Positions 20,799 through 30,468 are shown, counted from the first letter of the stretch. The stretch: 64,000 nucleotides of DNA from an uncultured Thermoplasmata archaeon (GCA_964458595.1 CAYWJQ010000005.1:85298-149297); one strand, 5' to 3'. The notes: a model not told the origin generated them from the letters alone. Program-made: numbers and translations.

Positions 20799-22022
20799 TC
20801 ACTTGACTATAGGCACCACGTTGTTTGCCTCATCCACATCGACGATGTGGGGTTCTTTTTTAGACACGCATTCTTTAACTTCGTCTAAAGCCTCATCTAC
20901 GCTATCGAACGGTTCACAGAAGCAGTTCTCTATTATTTCATCATCAAGGTCACTGACTATGAACAGAGAGTGATCTTCTAAAAATTTGAGGATGTTGGTG
21001 GCTTTGTGTCCACCGAACGGATAATCTCCATAAACTTCATCGATTATCTCATCGCGATCGTCGGAAGAGGACAAAAGATCGTAAAAAGTTCTTGGTCCTA
21101 TACCCTCGTAACACTCGCTGACCATTATCAGTACGCCACCATCTCGACAGATCTGCTTGGTATTTTCGAAGCTCTTGAACGATTGGTACAGATTTTTAGT
21201 GCCCGGTTCCGCCGTCCTAGCTATCACGATATCCGCTTTTTGACTTACTTCGGCGGTGAAGATATCTTTAGCAGTTTCGATCAGCTCATCGAAAGAATAG
21301 AAGAAATCGCCAGCTGAAACTTCGTAAACTTTTTCCGAAGTGGAAACGCTGTTTATACTCGATATCTTGCTCTCTAGATGGTCGATTATCATCTCAGCGG
21401 CTTCCAAAGCGTCCAGATTGATCGGATTTTCATCCAATGAAAGAGGTAAAGAATTTTCATCTAAGGAGAACTCATGGTTCTCGACAATAGTGTCCCAGTG
21501 GCATACTCCGGGTAGGAGAGATTTCCTACCTCCCGTAAAGCCGGCAAAGTAATGCGGCTCGACGGAGTTGATATTAATTATCCTATCGTAACCTAAAATA
21601 TTCTTATCTGCCTTTACCGGAGTTCCTCGACTGGTCTCGCCGATCTCGATATGTTCGTTCTCTTGACAATCATGGATGATCGTTTTAGATTCCAACTCCT
21701 CGTAATATTTACCCAATATCTTCTTCAAGCCTTCCTCCGTGGGAGGATCGTGAGTACCTGTGGCCACAATCACGTTCAACTCCCGGTTGAAGAGATCCAT
21801 CCCATTCTCTTCGAGATGTTCATCTAGAGTTTCCAGAAACAGAGATGTCGGTGTGGCGCGCTTGAAATCGTTCACTATGAAAAGCAGGCTATTTTCACCT
21901 ATAAAATCGGCGAGAGACTCATGATCTGAATTCAATAGTTCCTCATAATTTTTTTTGATCTCTTCTTTATTCATCCCTTCAGCGGTTCGATCTAAGCCTA
22001 TTTTTTCTATCTCATCATCCAT
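20799..22022 (-). CDS. larA: LarA-family (lactate racemase-like, DUF2088) nickel-pincer enzyme homolog
   Basis: 407 aa. NDFKRATP, HYFAGFTGGRKSLLPG (candidate cofactor-tethering Lys) and TGTHD are characteristic of the LarA family. Confidence 0.7.
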   Translation of the reverse strand: MDDEIEKIGLDRTAEGMNKEEIKKNYEELLNSDHESLADFIGENSLLFIVNDFKRATPTSLFLETLDEHLEENGMDLFNRELNVIVATGTHDPPTEEGLKKILGKYYEELESKTIIHDCQENEHIEIGETSRGTPVKADKNILGYDRIININSVEPHYFAGFTGGRKSLLPGVCHWDTIVENHEFSLDENSLPLSLDENPINLDALEAAEMIIDHLESKISSINSVSTSEKVYEVSAGDFFYSFDELIETAKDIFTAEVSQKADIVIARTAEPGTKNLYQSFKSFENTKQICRDGGVLIMVSECYEGIGPRTFYDLLSSSDDRDEIIDEVYGDYPFGGHKATNILKFLEDHSLFIVSDLDDEIIENCFCEPFDSVDEALDEVKECVSKKEPHIVDVDEANNVVPIVK

Positions 22023-22043
22023 CCTTTCACGATCCTGATATGA

Positions 22044-23510
22044 TCAAATTTTGATATGCTCTTCTTCCATCTCTTCGTCCTTTGAGATGAGCTTTCCCGG
22101 ATTCAATATATGGTCGGGATCGAAGGTGTTCTTTATCCCGTTCATCAGCTGCAGCATCTTGTCGCTTTTGAATTTTCTCAGCTCCGGCTTTTTGATTAGA
22201 CCTATACCGTGTTCACCGGTGATCTCTCCGCCCATTTCTACCGCGGTTTCGATCCATCTCTCTCTAAGACTCTCGACTTCATCCCAGTCGATATCCTCAT
22301 CAGGCAAATTACCTTCGATATGAACGTTACCGTCTCCGGCGTGTCCGAACGCGTAGAAAGTCCCTTCTACTTCGGACTCATCAAATATCTCTCTAGCTTT
22401 CGAGATGAATTCGGGTATCTTGGACGGAGGAACTACGAGATCTCCAGAGCGGTGGCCTGTCACGTTTCCTTCTTGGATCACTTCAGCTACACCTTCCCTT
22501 ATCTTCATTATCTTGTTCATCTCTTTCCGTTTTGTAGCGAGGAAGGCGTCGAGTGCTCCTTTTTCCTGACACACTTCCATGATCTTTTGAGCTTTTTCTA
22601 GTATCTCGTTTTCTTCCTCTCCGGTGACGATTATCATCAAGGTCGCTTCCCCTTTTTCAGCGGGCCAGCTCTCACCGACTTTGTCTTCACCGCTAGAGAT
22701 CGTTTCTCTTTCTAAATATTCTATTCCCGCAGGAGTGATCCCGCTTCTCAGTATTTCAGGCACGGCATTAATCGCGTTTTCACCTGATTCGAAGGGGAGT
22801 ATCACAAACTTAGATTCTTCGGAGGCCGGATAAAGTCTTAAAATCGCTTTTGTTATTATACCTAAAGTCCCTTCACTGCCTATCATCAGATGGAGTAAAG
22901 AATATCCCGTGTTATCCTTCAATAGTTTTCCGCCCAGCTCCATGATCTCTCCATCTGGAAGTACGACTTCTAGACCTTTCACGTAATCTCTCATGACGCC
23001 GTGTTTTAGGGTCGCTTCTCCTCCCGCGTTGACCGCAATAGTTCCACCGATCTGAGAGTCTTCCGTGGTGGGATGTATGGGAAGTGTAAGCCCTTTCTCT
23101 TCTACCTTTTCCTTCAATTTTTCCATCGGAACACCGGCGGCTACTTCCACCATCAGGTTATCTTCGTCCACATCTACCTTATCATCCAATCTTTCCAACG
23201 ATAAGCCGACACCGCCGTAGACGGGGATCATACCTCCCATCAAGCCGGTCTTTCCGCCGATCGGGGTAACGGGAACGAGATTATCGCTGGCCAATCTCAT
23301 TATCTTCGATACTTTTTCTGAAGAGTTGGGTTTTACCAATACCTCCGGATATTTTCCTTTAACTTCCGCAGTCGAAAGCTCGTCATGGGTATAACTATCC
23401 ATGAGGTCTTTATCCGTGATAACAAAATCCGAACCGCATATATTTTCCAATTCGTTGATGATCTCTTCGTCGACTTCGTTATATTTTGGCCTTTCATCCA
23501 TCAAAATCAC
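22044..23510 (-). CDS. glcD: FAD-linked oxidase, GlcD/D-lactate dehydrogenase family
   Basis: 488 aa with a PCMH-type FAD-binding domain (PIGGKTGLMGG) and an FAD-oxidase C-terminal domain (GHAGDGNVH). Confidence 0.8.
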   Translation of the reverse strand: MILMDERPKYNEVDEEIINELENICGSDFVITDKDLMDSYTHDELSTAEVKGKYPEVLVKPNSSEKVSKIMRLASDNLVPVTPIGGKTGLMGGMIPVYGGVGLSLERLDDKVDVDEDNLMVEVAAGVPMEKLKEKVEEKGLTLPIHPTTEDSQIGGTIAVNAGGEATLKHGVMRDYVKGLEVVLPDGEIMELGGKLLKDNTGYSLLHLMIGSEGTLGIITKAILRLYPASEESKFVILPFESGENAINAVPEILRSGITPAGIEYLERETISSGEDKVGESWPAEKGEATLMIIVTGEEENEILEKAQKIMEVCQEKGALDAFLATKRKEMNKIMKIREGVAEVIQEGNVTGHRSGDLVVPPSKIPEFISKAREIFDESEVEGTFYAFGHAGDGNVHIEGNLPDEDIDWDEVESLRERWIETAVEMGGEITGEHGIGLIKKPELRKFKSDKMLQLMNGIKNTFDPDHILNPGKLISKDEEMEEEHIKI

Positions 23511-23806
23511 CTGTAACTTCGATAATCGTTACATGATTTACAACTTCATCGTTAATAAGACTTTACGACGTATAGAGGGAAATAGTATGGGTAAAGAGGT
23601 GAAGATGACGGCTATGCTCAACCTATTGAAAAAAATTCATCCAGTTGTTTAACCATTATCTGAGTTCATTTAAGGTTAGTCAGTGGTGGACCTTTCTTCG
23701 ATAAACCTAGAGGCACTTCACACATAGGAAAATAAAATAAAAATTCCCTTCAAATTTAGATTGAAAAAATCATTGAAATTTACTCTAGCAGAGAGAGAAA
23801 TTACTA

Positions 23807-24499
23807 TTATTGATTTTTAATCTTTGATTTAGGTTTATTTTTTCCGTTTTCTAATACAATAAAAACTCTATAGAAAAATAGATAGCTGATAGCTATGCCT
23901 AGAACAAATATTACCGAGAGGTGAAAACCATTAATCATCATTTTTGATTTTCTAAGAAAAAATGACAGGGAGACCACAGAACTAGATAACCCAAATACAC
24001 CAAAAGCAATCAATATTGAATTTTTCATTTCTTTATCTTTTATGTTTATTAGAAGAAGACTACTCGTTAAAAAATAAAAAAAACTTCCCCCATAGAAGAA
24101 CACTATAAGTTCCTTGAAGTAATCTTGTGGAGGGAGCAAATTTGGAAAATTAAATATTTGGACGATAATGCCAATAATAAATAGGAATATACTAGCCTTC
24201 ATCATTAGAGTAGAGCTATTAGTCTCATCTTTCCAAGTATAGTCGAAAAACAACTCTTTATAAAGTTTAAAGAAAGAAATTGAAAAAGAAATTACCATCA
24301 ACAACGGTAACAAAATGGGTAGTCCTTGGATAATTTGGAAAATAAAGAGCACCATTAATATTGCCCCAGCCCCACTACTTCCAGGCAAAGAAAGAAAGGA
24401 GAAAAGAATAATTAATGGATTCAAAATCAAAAATATGAATACTAAAAGATAAGACTTCTCTATAGGTTTTAAAGCTTTTATTATTTTTTCGTCATCCAT
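23807..24499 (-). CDS. Polytopic membrane protein, hypothetical, in a very AT-rich island
   Basis: 230 aa with at least 6 predicted TM helices. Local GC is far below the window average. Confidence 0.4.
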   Translation of the reverse strand: MDDEKIIKALKPIEKSYLLVFIFLILNPLIILFSFLSLPGSSGAGAILMVLFIFQIIQGLPILLPLLMVISFSISFFKLYKELFFDYTWKDETNSSTLMMKASIFLFIIGIIVQIFNFPNLLPPQDYFKELIVFFYGGSFFYFLTSSLLLINIKDKEMKNSILIAFGVFGLSSSVVSLSFFLRKSKMMINGFHLSVIFVLGIAISYLFFYRVFIVLENGKNKPKSKIKNQ

Positions 24500-24645
24500 C
24501 TAAGTTTACAGTTTGTAAAGATATTCTTTCAGTATTAATATTTTTTTAACGCTAAAATCAAAGATTTTGCCTAATCACTTTTTTCAGGAAACTAGAGCCG
24601 TTAGAACCAAAGGTTCTAACAAACCACTAAAAATCAAATATTTGT

Positions 24646-25262
24646 TAGTGGACTCGTCAGAAGCTAAGCTTCTAACTGCCCATTAAAACAAGTTTTGAGG
24701 AAAAACAACACTCTTTCCTCAACTCACTCGTTCAAAGAACTCGTGATTTAATGGACCCATCAGAATCAAAGATTCTAACTAACCATTTTTCATAGAAAAA
24801 TGGACCCAGCGGGACGAGGGAATTTTTGTAGAAAATTGCCGAGCAAGAGGAATCTTTGATTCCTCGTGTTTCAAATCCCGCGGTGCACTGAGCGGATGCG
24901 AAGTGGACCCGTCAGAAGCGAAGCTTCTAACTGCCCATTAAAACAAGTTTTGAGGAAAAACAACACTCTTTCCTCAACTCACTCGTTCAAAGAACTCGTG
25001 ATTTAATGGACCCATCAGAATCAAAGATTCTAACTAACCATTTTTCATAGAAAAATGGACCCAGCGGGACGAGGGAATTTTTGTAGAAAATTGCCGAGCA
25101 AGAGGAATCTTTGATTCCTCGTGTTTCAAATCCCGCGGTGCACTGAGCGGATGCGAAGTGGACCCGTCAGAAGCGAAGCTTCTAACTGCCCATTAAAACA
25201 AGTTTTGAGGAAAAACAACACTCTTTCCTCAACTCACTCGTTCAAAGAACTCGTGATTTAAT
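24646..25262. repeat. Tandem direct repeat of a 255-bp unit in about 2.4 copies, containing hairpins and degenerate copies of the tRNA-Ala 3' end
   Basis: Units start at 24648, 24903 and 25158 (period 255). Copies A and B differ at 2 positions. Copy C runs directly into the tRNA-Ala gene at the shared motif aatggaccca. Confidence 0.9.
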
Positions 25263-25362
25263 GGACCCAGCGGGATTTGAACCCGCGGCCTTCACCTTTC
25301 TTGCCACCACATTATTCCAGTAGGATGCAAGGGTGACGATCTGCCAACTGATCTATGGGCCC
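25262..25362 (-). tRNA. tRNA-Ala (anticodon UGC) with a 28-nt canonical intron between positions 37 and 38
   Basis: Manual fold of the reverse complement: acceptor GGGCCCA/TGGGTCC with the G3:U70 Ala identity pair, D-arm GATC/GATC, anticodon stem TCACC/GGTGA, loop CT-TGC-A, intron TCCTAC...GGCAAGAA whose GGCAAG segment can pair with the anticodon-loop CTTGC (BHB-like), T-arm GCGGG-TTCAAAT-CCCGC and discriminator A. Confidence 0.8.
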
Positions 25363-25587
25363 TGAACGAGCACTTGCGAGTGAAGGGCGCATAGATATTT
25401 GGAGCTTTGCTCCGAAACAATCTATGGGCCAAACATAACTCATGCGATTGAAATGAGTTTTCAGTCGCAGTGTAGTGCCATGCCAACAAAAATGCATGCG
25501 CCCCATTTCAACACTGCGAATAGGAACTTATGTATATTTTAAAAGAAATACGACACAATAAAGTATTTTTGTCTTCAAAACCAGTAT

Positions 25588-25899
25588 TCAGCTTTGAAGT
25601 ACGATCTCGATATGAACTTCGTCGGGAACTTGAATACGCATCAGCTGTCGCAGCGCTCTTTCGTCTGCGTCGATATCGATCAATCTTTTGTGGACTCTCA
25701 TCTCCCAGCGTTCCCAAGTTTCGTTTCCTTCGCCGTCCGGTGATTTTCTGCAGGGAACGGTCAATTCCTTGGTCGGCAGTGGGATAGGTCCTTTCATCTC
25801 CACTCCTGTTCTATCGGATATCTCACGGATCTGACTGCAGATCTCTTCTATCCTTTCTGGATTGGTTCCGCTTAACGAGATTCGTGCTTTCTGTGCCAT
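25588..25899 (-). CDS. rps10: 30S ribosomal protein S10 (uS10)
   Basis: 103 aa with [21 protein letters not shown]...GPIPLPTK. Confidence 0.9.
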   Translation of the reverse strand: MAQKARISLSGTNPERIEEICSQIREISDRTGVEMKGPIPLPTKELTVPCRKSPDGEGNETWERWEMRVHKRLIDIDADERALRQLMRIQVPDEVHIEIVLQS

Positions 25900-25950
25900 G
25901 TAATATTCCTCACAAAGAAATGATATAAAAGGGTTTTGTAAGAAAGGTTT

Positions 25951-27234
25951 CTACATCTCTTTTTCTTCTATGTCGATGACCTGTCCTGCCGCAACGGTCT
26001 GACCCATATCTCTGATAGCGAATCTACCGAGTTCTGAGAACTCTTCGACTCTTTCGAGAGATAGGTTTCTAGTGGGCATGACCTCGACTACGGCGGCTTC
26101 TCCGTTCTTCAAGAAGTCCGGGTTCTCTTCTTTGACTTCGCCGGTCTTCGCATCGAGTTTCTTCTTGAGATCCATGAACTTGCATGCTACCTGTGCAGTG
26201 TGTGCGTGGAATACCGGTGTATAACCTTCGGTCACAACGCTCGGATGGTCGAGAACTATTATTCTCGCTGTGAATCTTTCCGCGACAGTCGGCGGATCAT
26301 CGGAAGGTCCGCATACATCTCCTCTTCGGATATCGTCTTTTCCGACACCTCTCACGTTGAAACCTACGTTATCTCCGGGTTCGGCCTTCGGGATCTCTTC
26401 GTGATGTTCCTCTATAGACTTGACTTCTCCGCTGACGTTCGCTGGCATGAAAGTGACTTTATCACCAGGCTCCATAACCCCGGTCTCTACACGACCGACC
26501 GGTACGGTACCGATGCCAGTGATGGAATATACGTCCTGTATCGGTAATCTGAGAGATTTCTCGATCGGTTTTCCAGGAGTCTCGAAGTCGTTTATCGCTT
26601 GAAGGAACCGCTTGCCGTCCCACCAGTCTATCTGCTTATCTCCCTCTCTAGTTATGTTATGTCCTTTGAGAGCGCTGGTCGGAACGAGATCATACTGGCT
26701 TTCCTGATAACCGACCGACTGCAGAAGTTGACTGACCTCCTCTTTGACTTCATTGAATCTCTCTTCGCTAAGTTCTGGTTTTGTGGCATCCATCTTGTTT
26801 ATAGCTACGACAAGCTGGTCGACACCCAGTGTTTTAGCGAGGAAAGTATGTTCCCTCGTCTGGGCCATAACGCCTTCTGTAGCCGCTACGACGAGAACCG
26901 CCGCGTCTGCCTGTGAAGTCCCTGTGATCATGTTCTTAACGAAATCCTGGTGGCCCGGTGCGTCTATGATCGTGAAATAATATTGGTCCGTATCGAACCG
27001 CTTATGCATAACGTCTATGGTAAGACCACGATCCCTCTCTTCTTCGAGTTGATCCATGGCCCAAGCATAAGCGAAGGTTCCTTTTCCTTTCTCTTCCGCT
27101 TCCTTCTTGTACTCGTCGATAACGTGATCCGGTATCTCTCCAGTTTCGAATAACGTTCTACCAACTAAGGTGGATTTCCCGTGATCCACGTGACCTATGA
27201 ATACGAGGTTCATATGTGGTTTATCGTCTGCCAT
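25951..27234 (-). CDS. tuf: Translation elongation factor 1-alpha (aEF-1A)
   Basis: 427 aa with G1 [10 protein letters not shown]3 DAPGH and G4 NKMD, and full-length similarity to EF-Tu/EF-1A. Confidence 0.95.
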   Translation of the reverse strand: MADDKPHMNLVFIGHVDHGKSTLVGRTLFETGEIPDHVIDEYKKEAEEKGKGTFAYAWAMDQLEEERDRGLTIDVMHKRFDTDQYYFTIIDAPGHQDFVKNMITGTSQADAAVLVVAATEGVMAQTREHTFLAKTLGVDQLVVAINKMDATKPELSEERFNEVKEEVSQLLQSVGYQESQYDLVPTSALKGHNITREGDKQIDWWDGKRFLQAINDFETPGKPIEKSLRLPIQDVYSITGIGTVPVGRVETGVMEPGDKVTFMPANVSGEVKSIEEHHEEIPKAEPGDNVGFNVRGVGKDDIRRGDVCGPSDDPPTVAERFTARIIVLDHPSVVTEGYTPVFHAHTAQVACKFMDLKKKLDAKTGEVKEENPDFLKNGEAAVVEVMPTRNLSLERVEEFSELGRFAIRDMGQTVAAGQVIDIEEKEM

Positions 27235-27399
27235 ATTTTTGTACCTCCAATTATCTATCTGCTTCTGTTTAATAGGTTGGCCTATTTATAATTTTATCCT
27301 CGAGCTAGACTATCTCGAGTCTACAGTATTGTGGAAATACTTCAATTATATATATTTGTTCCTCCTTTTCACTTTATCAAGCCCGCCTAACGTGAAAAA

Positions 27400-27873
27400 A
27401 TGTCGGTAGAAGTACGAAAAGCGGAAAAAGAAGATCTGGACGAAATCGTGGATATGTGGTATGAACTGGCGACCGATCATCAGGATATGATGGAAGGTTA
27501 TGAGCTCTGCGACGATTCGAAAAAGAATTGGAGAGAATTCGTAGAGAAGGGGTTCAAGAAAAAGGGGATCTGCACTTTCGTCGCCGAGACCGACAGTGGA
27601 GTGGTAGGTTTCCTCAATGTAGTCATAAGAGAAAGATTAGATATATTCGAAGAGAAGCGTATCGGGATGATACTAGATGTTTTCATTAAGGAAGAAGAAA
27701 GGGGAAAAGGTTACGGATCTAGATTGACTGAAAAAGCAGAAGAATGGATAAAAGATAAAAAGGTGAAGGTCGCGGTGCTCACCGTTTCACCTAGAAACGA
27801 AAAGGGGGTTGACTACTGGGAAGATAAGGGATACAGTACTTATCTCCTCAAAAAAAGAAAAGAACTGTTTTGA
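27400..27873 (+). CDS. GNAT-family N-acetyltransferase
   Basis: 157 aa with the acetyl-CoA motif RGKGYGSRL. Confidence 0.7.
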   Translation: MSVEVRKAEKEDLDEIVDMWYELATDHQDMMEGYELCDDSKKNWREFVEKGFKKKGICTFVAETDSGVVGFLNVVIRERLDIFEEKRIGMILDVFIKEEERGKGYGSRLTEKAEEWIKDKKVKVAVLTVSPRNEKGVDYWEDKGYSTYLLKKRKELF

Positions 27874-27879
27874 AAATAT

Positions 27880-28818
27880 TCAACCGAAGTGGTCGTAACC
27901 TCCCCCGAGTTCTTCTTTTTTCCCGTCGATCAGATACATACCCTCTTCAACTATTTCCCCCACGACGATAGGTTCTATCTTATCTATTTCAGATAGTTTG
28001 TCGGGAGATATGGTGAAGACGAGTTCGAAATCTTCGCCTCCGGACAGGGCCCATTTCATGGGATCTATACCGAGCTTCTTTCCAGTTGCTCTAGTCCTCT
28101 CAGAGATAGGTACTTTTTCTTTTTCTACCTCCGCTCCGACTCCACTTTCCTCGCAGATATGGCGGACTTCCGAGGCGAGACCGTCGCTCACGTCGATCAT
28201 CGAATTGACGTAAAGAGATAGTTCCCTTCCCGCATCCAACCTACATCGGGGCTGTAAATAATAATCTGTATATCCTTCTTCACCGGCTCTAAATAGCTCC
28301 AAGCCGGCCCAGCTCTTTCCCAGATCGCCGGTCACGCATATCAGATCGCCTACCCGGGCGCCGTCTCTAGTACAGAGCCTGTCTTTTTCAACTTTACCGA
28401 TTATCGCCACGTTTATTATCAAAAAATCGCCGTGAGTCGTGTCTCCTCCGATGATATTTAAACCGTATTCATCGGATGCCGCTTTCATCCCTTCGAAGAG
28501 GTCGTCGGCGAACGAAACTTCCGTATCATCCGGAAAGGCGATAGAGACCAAGCCCCACTCGGGCAGACCTCCCATGGCGGCGATATCCGATACGTTGACT
28601 ATGATCGACTTCCAACCGATCTGCCAAGGGCTCTGCCAGTCTAAATTGAAATGATCTTTTTCCACCAGCATGTCTGTTGTTAAAAGCGTGTATTCGTCGT
28701 CGGTATCCAACACTGCACAGTCGTCCCCGATATGTTTGTAGACTCGTTCGTCGTCGGCAAATTTCTCGCCGATCTTTTCTATCAAACCGAATTCTCCTAG
28801 GTCAGACAATTTATCCAT
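27880..28818 (-). CDS. thiL: Thiamine-monophosphate kinase
   Basis: PurM-like fold with the GDDCAVL N-terminal motif. It lies adjacent to thiE, with a start/stop overlap. Confidence 0.75.
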   Translation of the reverse strand: MDKLSDLGEFGLIEKIGEKFADDERVYKHIGDDCAVLDTDDEYTLLTTDMLVEKDHFNLDWQSPWQIGWKSIIVNVSDIAAMGGLPEWGLVSIAFPDDTEVSFADDLFEGMKAASDEYGLNIIGGDTTHGDFLIINVAIIGKVEKDRLCTRDGARVGDLICVTGDLGKSWAGLELFRAGEEGYTDYYLQPRCRLDAGRELSLYVNSMIDVSDGLASEVRHICEESGVGAEVEKEKVPISERTRATGKKLGIDPMKWALSGGEDFELVFTISPDKLSEIDKIEPIVVGEIVEEGMYLIDGKKEELGGGYDHFG

Positions 28819-29464
28819 CTTTTCTCCCCTTCACATTACTTATCTTTTCCTCAAAATAACTTATCCTCTCGGAAAGATCTCCTTTCTGCGTGACGCTCGA
28901 GATAGCACAGATCATGTCAAAAGATGGTCTTAAATTTTCTATGTCCCCGGGCCCTATCCCGCCAATAGCTGCGGTGGGCACCGTGACAGAATCTGCTATA
29001 TCTGTGGCTTTTTCAATACCTAATTCCGGAGCCACATCCTCTTTTGTGGTGGTTTTATGGACTGGGCCTATAGCGATATAATGCGCCTGCTTTTCCGCCT
29101 TTTTTGCCTGCTCGACACCGTGTGTCGATATACCTATCAGAAGGTCTTCCGAGAGATCCTTGACCTTTTCGGGTGGTATATCGTCCTGTCCGAGATGGAC
29201 CCCGTCAGCGCCGCCGGCAATGGCGATATCGGGCCGATCGTTGACGACCACGAGGGCCTTTTCTTCACAGGTCTCCTTCATCTTTTTTACGTCTTCTAAT
29301 TTAGCCCTATCATTCGCGGATTTATCCCTGTACTGTATCATCTTGACCCCGTTATCGACAGCGACACGGACCTGCTCTTCCACGGATATATCCGATTTCT
29401 CATCGGTTATGTAGTAATAATTGACTTTTTTCAATAATCTCTTCTTTTTCATACAACTTCTCAA
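28811..29464 (-). CDS. thiE: Thiamine-phosphate synthase
   Basis: YYITD, IQYRDK and the IGISTH / GGIG TIM-barrel phosphate-binding motifs. Confidence 0.85.
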   Translation of the reverse strand: MRSCMKKKRLLKKVNYYYITDEKSDISVEEQVRVAVDNGVKMIQYRDKSANDRAKLEDVKKMKETCEEKALVVVNDRPDIAIAGGADGVHLGQDDIPPEKVKDLSEDLLIGISTHGVEQAKKAEKQAHYIAIGPVHKTTTKEDVAPELGIEKATDIADSVTVPTAAIGGIGPGDIENLRPSFDMICAISSVTQKGDLSERISYFEEKISNVKGRKDG

Positions 29465-29514
29465 AATCAGATATTGTTAATAGAGTTTTGTCCCATCTTT
29501 TAATTTCTCGAACA

Positions 29515-30456
29515 TCATCTAAGATCCTTGATCGCTCTCAACAGTTCGTCCTCTTCTACAGACTCGATCTTTTCATCTTCGAACAGAACGCTAGTTTCCC
29601 CTTCTTTCACCTCGCCGATCACTTTTCCCTTATCCAGATCGAATTCCTCGGGAACGGTCGCTAGAAGACAACCTGAGGATATCAGATTGAAAGGATCAAG
29701 GTCGAGTTTTTCACAAATCTCCACTGTCAGGCCCTTCAATTCGGGCTCTTCATTGATAACGAATTCGTTCTCGGAAGCCTGAGCCATCTCGTAGAGTCCC
29801 TGAAGTATTCCTCCTTCGGTGGGGTCGTGCATCGAACTTACTTTATCTTTGATTTCCAGCGCGTGATTTACAACACTTATATCATATCTTAGAGACTTTG
29901 CCTTTTCGACTGTGCTTTTTTCCACGCCTCTAGTCTCCAGTTCCTCACCAAAATCGGACGCCAGTATCCACGTGCCTTCTAAAGCGGCTTCGTCTATCTG
30001 GATTATCTTATCACCCGGTTCCGACCCGCAAGTGAAAACGGGCTCTTCGGTGATCCCCATCATCGTCGTAGTGACCAGCGGTTTATCTATGACGTCGATC
30101 ATCTCCGAGTGACCGCCTATTATCTCTATGTTGAGTTTCCGAGAGGCATCGTGCAGTTCATCAATCATTTCTTCCAGCTTTTCTCTAGAGTAACCTGTCG
30201 GAAGCTCGAGGGTCGGAAGAGCCCACCGCGGCGAAGCTCCGCAGACCGCTATATCGTTCGCTGCTATATTTATAGCTAACCATCCAATATTATCTACGGC
30301 GCCCGAGATAGGGTCGGAATGCGCTATCAAAAATTCGTCCTTTATCTTAAGAACCGCGGCGTCTTCTCCATAAGAAGGACCCATCACGACGCTCTCGTCC
30401 TCTATCCCTTTATCAAATATAAGTTCGTCCATCTCTTCTTTACTCAATTTAGCCAT
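29515..30456 (-). CDS. AIR synthase-related (PurM/ThiL/HypE superfamily) protein, a paralog of thiL
   Basis: 313 aa with N-terminal GEDAAVL and a PurM-like C-terminal domain. There is no HypE PRIC C-terminus. Confidence 0.55.
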   Translation of the reverse strand: MAKLSKEEMDELIFDKGIEDESVVMGPSYGEDAAVLKIKDEFLIAHSDPISGAVDNIGWLAINIAANDIAVCGASPRWALPTLELPTGYSREKLEEMIDELHDASRKLNIEIIGGHSEMIDVIDKPLVTTTMMGITEEPVFTCGSEPGDKIIQIDEAALEGTWILASDFGEELETRGVEKSTVEKAKSLRYDISVVNHALEIKDKVSSMHDPTEGGILQGLYEMAQASENEFVINEEPELKGLTVEICEKLDLDPFNLISSGCLLATVPEEFDLDKGKVIGEVKEGETSVLFEDEKIESVEEDELLRAIKDLR

Positions 30457-30468
30457 AATATCCCTTGC

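Noticed and set aside
25070-25150. Plus-strand tRNA inside the repeat unit (gtgtttcaaatcccgcgg resembles a T-loop)
   Set aside because: The flanking bases cannot form a T-stem or an acceptor stem. It is an inverted fragment of the tRNA-Ala T-arm, not a gene.
24590-25262. Possible CRISPR array
   Set aside because: The repeats are 255-bp units that are near-identical along their whole length, with no unique spacers. There are no cas genes in the window.
23511-25362. Integrated provirus or plasmid at tRNA-Ala
   Set aside because: att-like repeats and an AT-rich island are present, but there is no integrase, capsid or replication gene. Only a single membrane-protein ORF lies between the repeats and core metabolic genes.
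25292-25787. ORFs 25292-25489, 25312-25506, 25508-25717 and 25530-25787 from the six-frame track
   Set aside because: They overlap the tRNA-Ala gene and the short spacer downstream of rps10, have no coding signature, and are better explained as non-coding.
26200-27153. Several 60-115-aa ORFs antisense to, or out of frame within, tuf
   Set aside because: They are shadow ORFs inside a highly conserved EF-1alpha gene.
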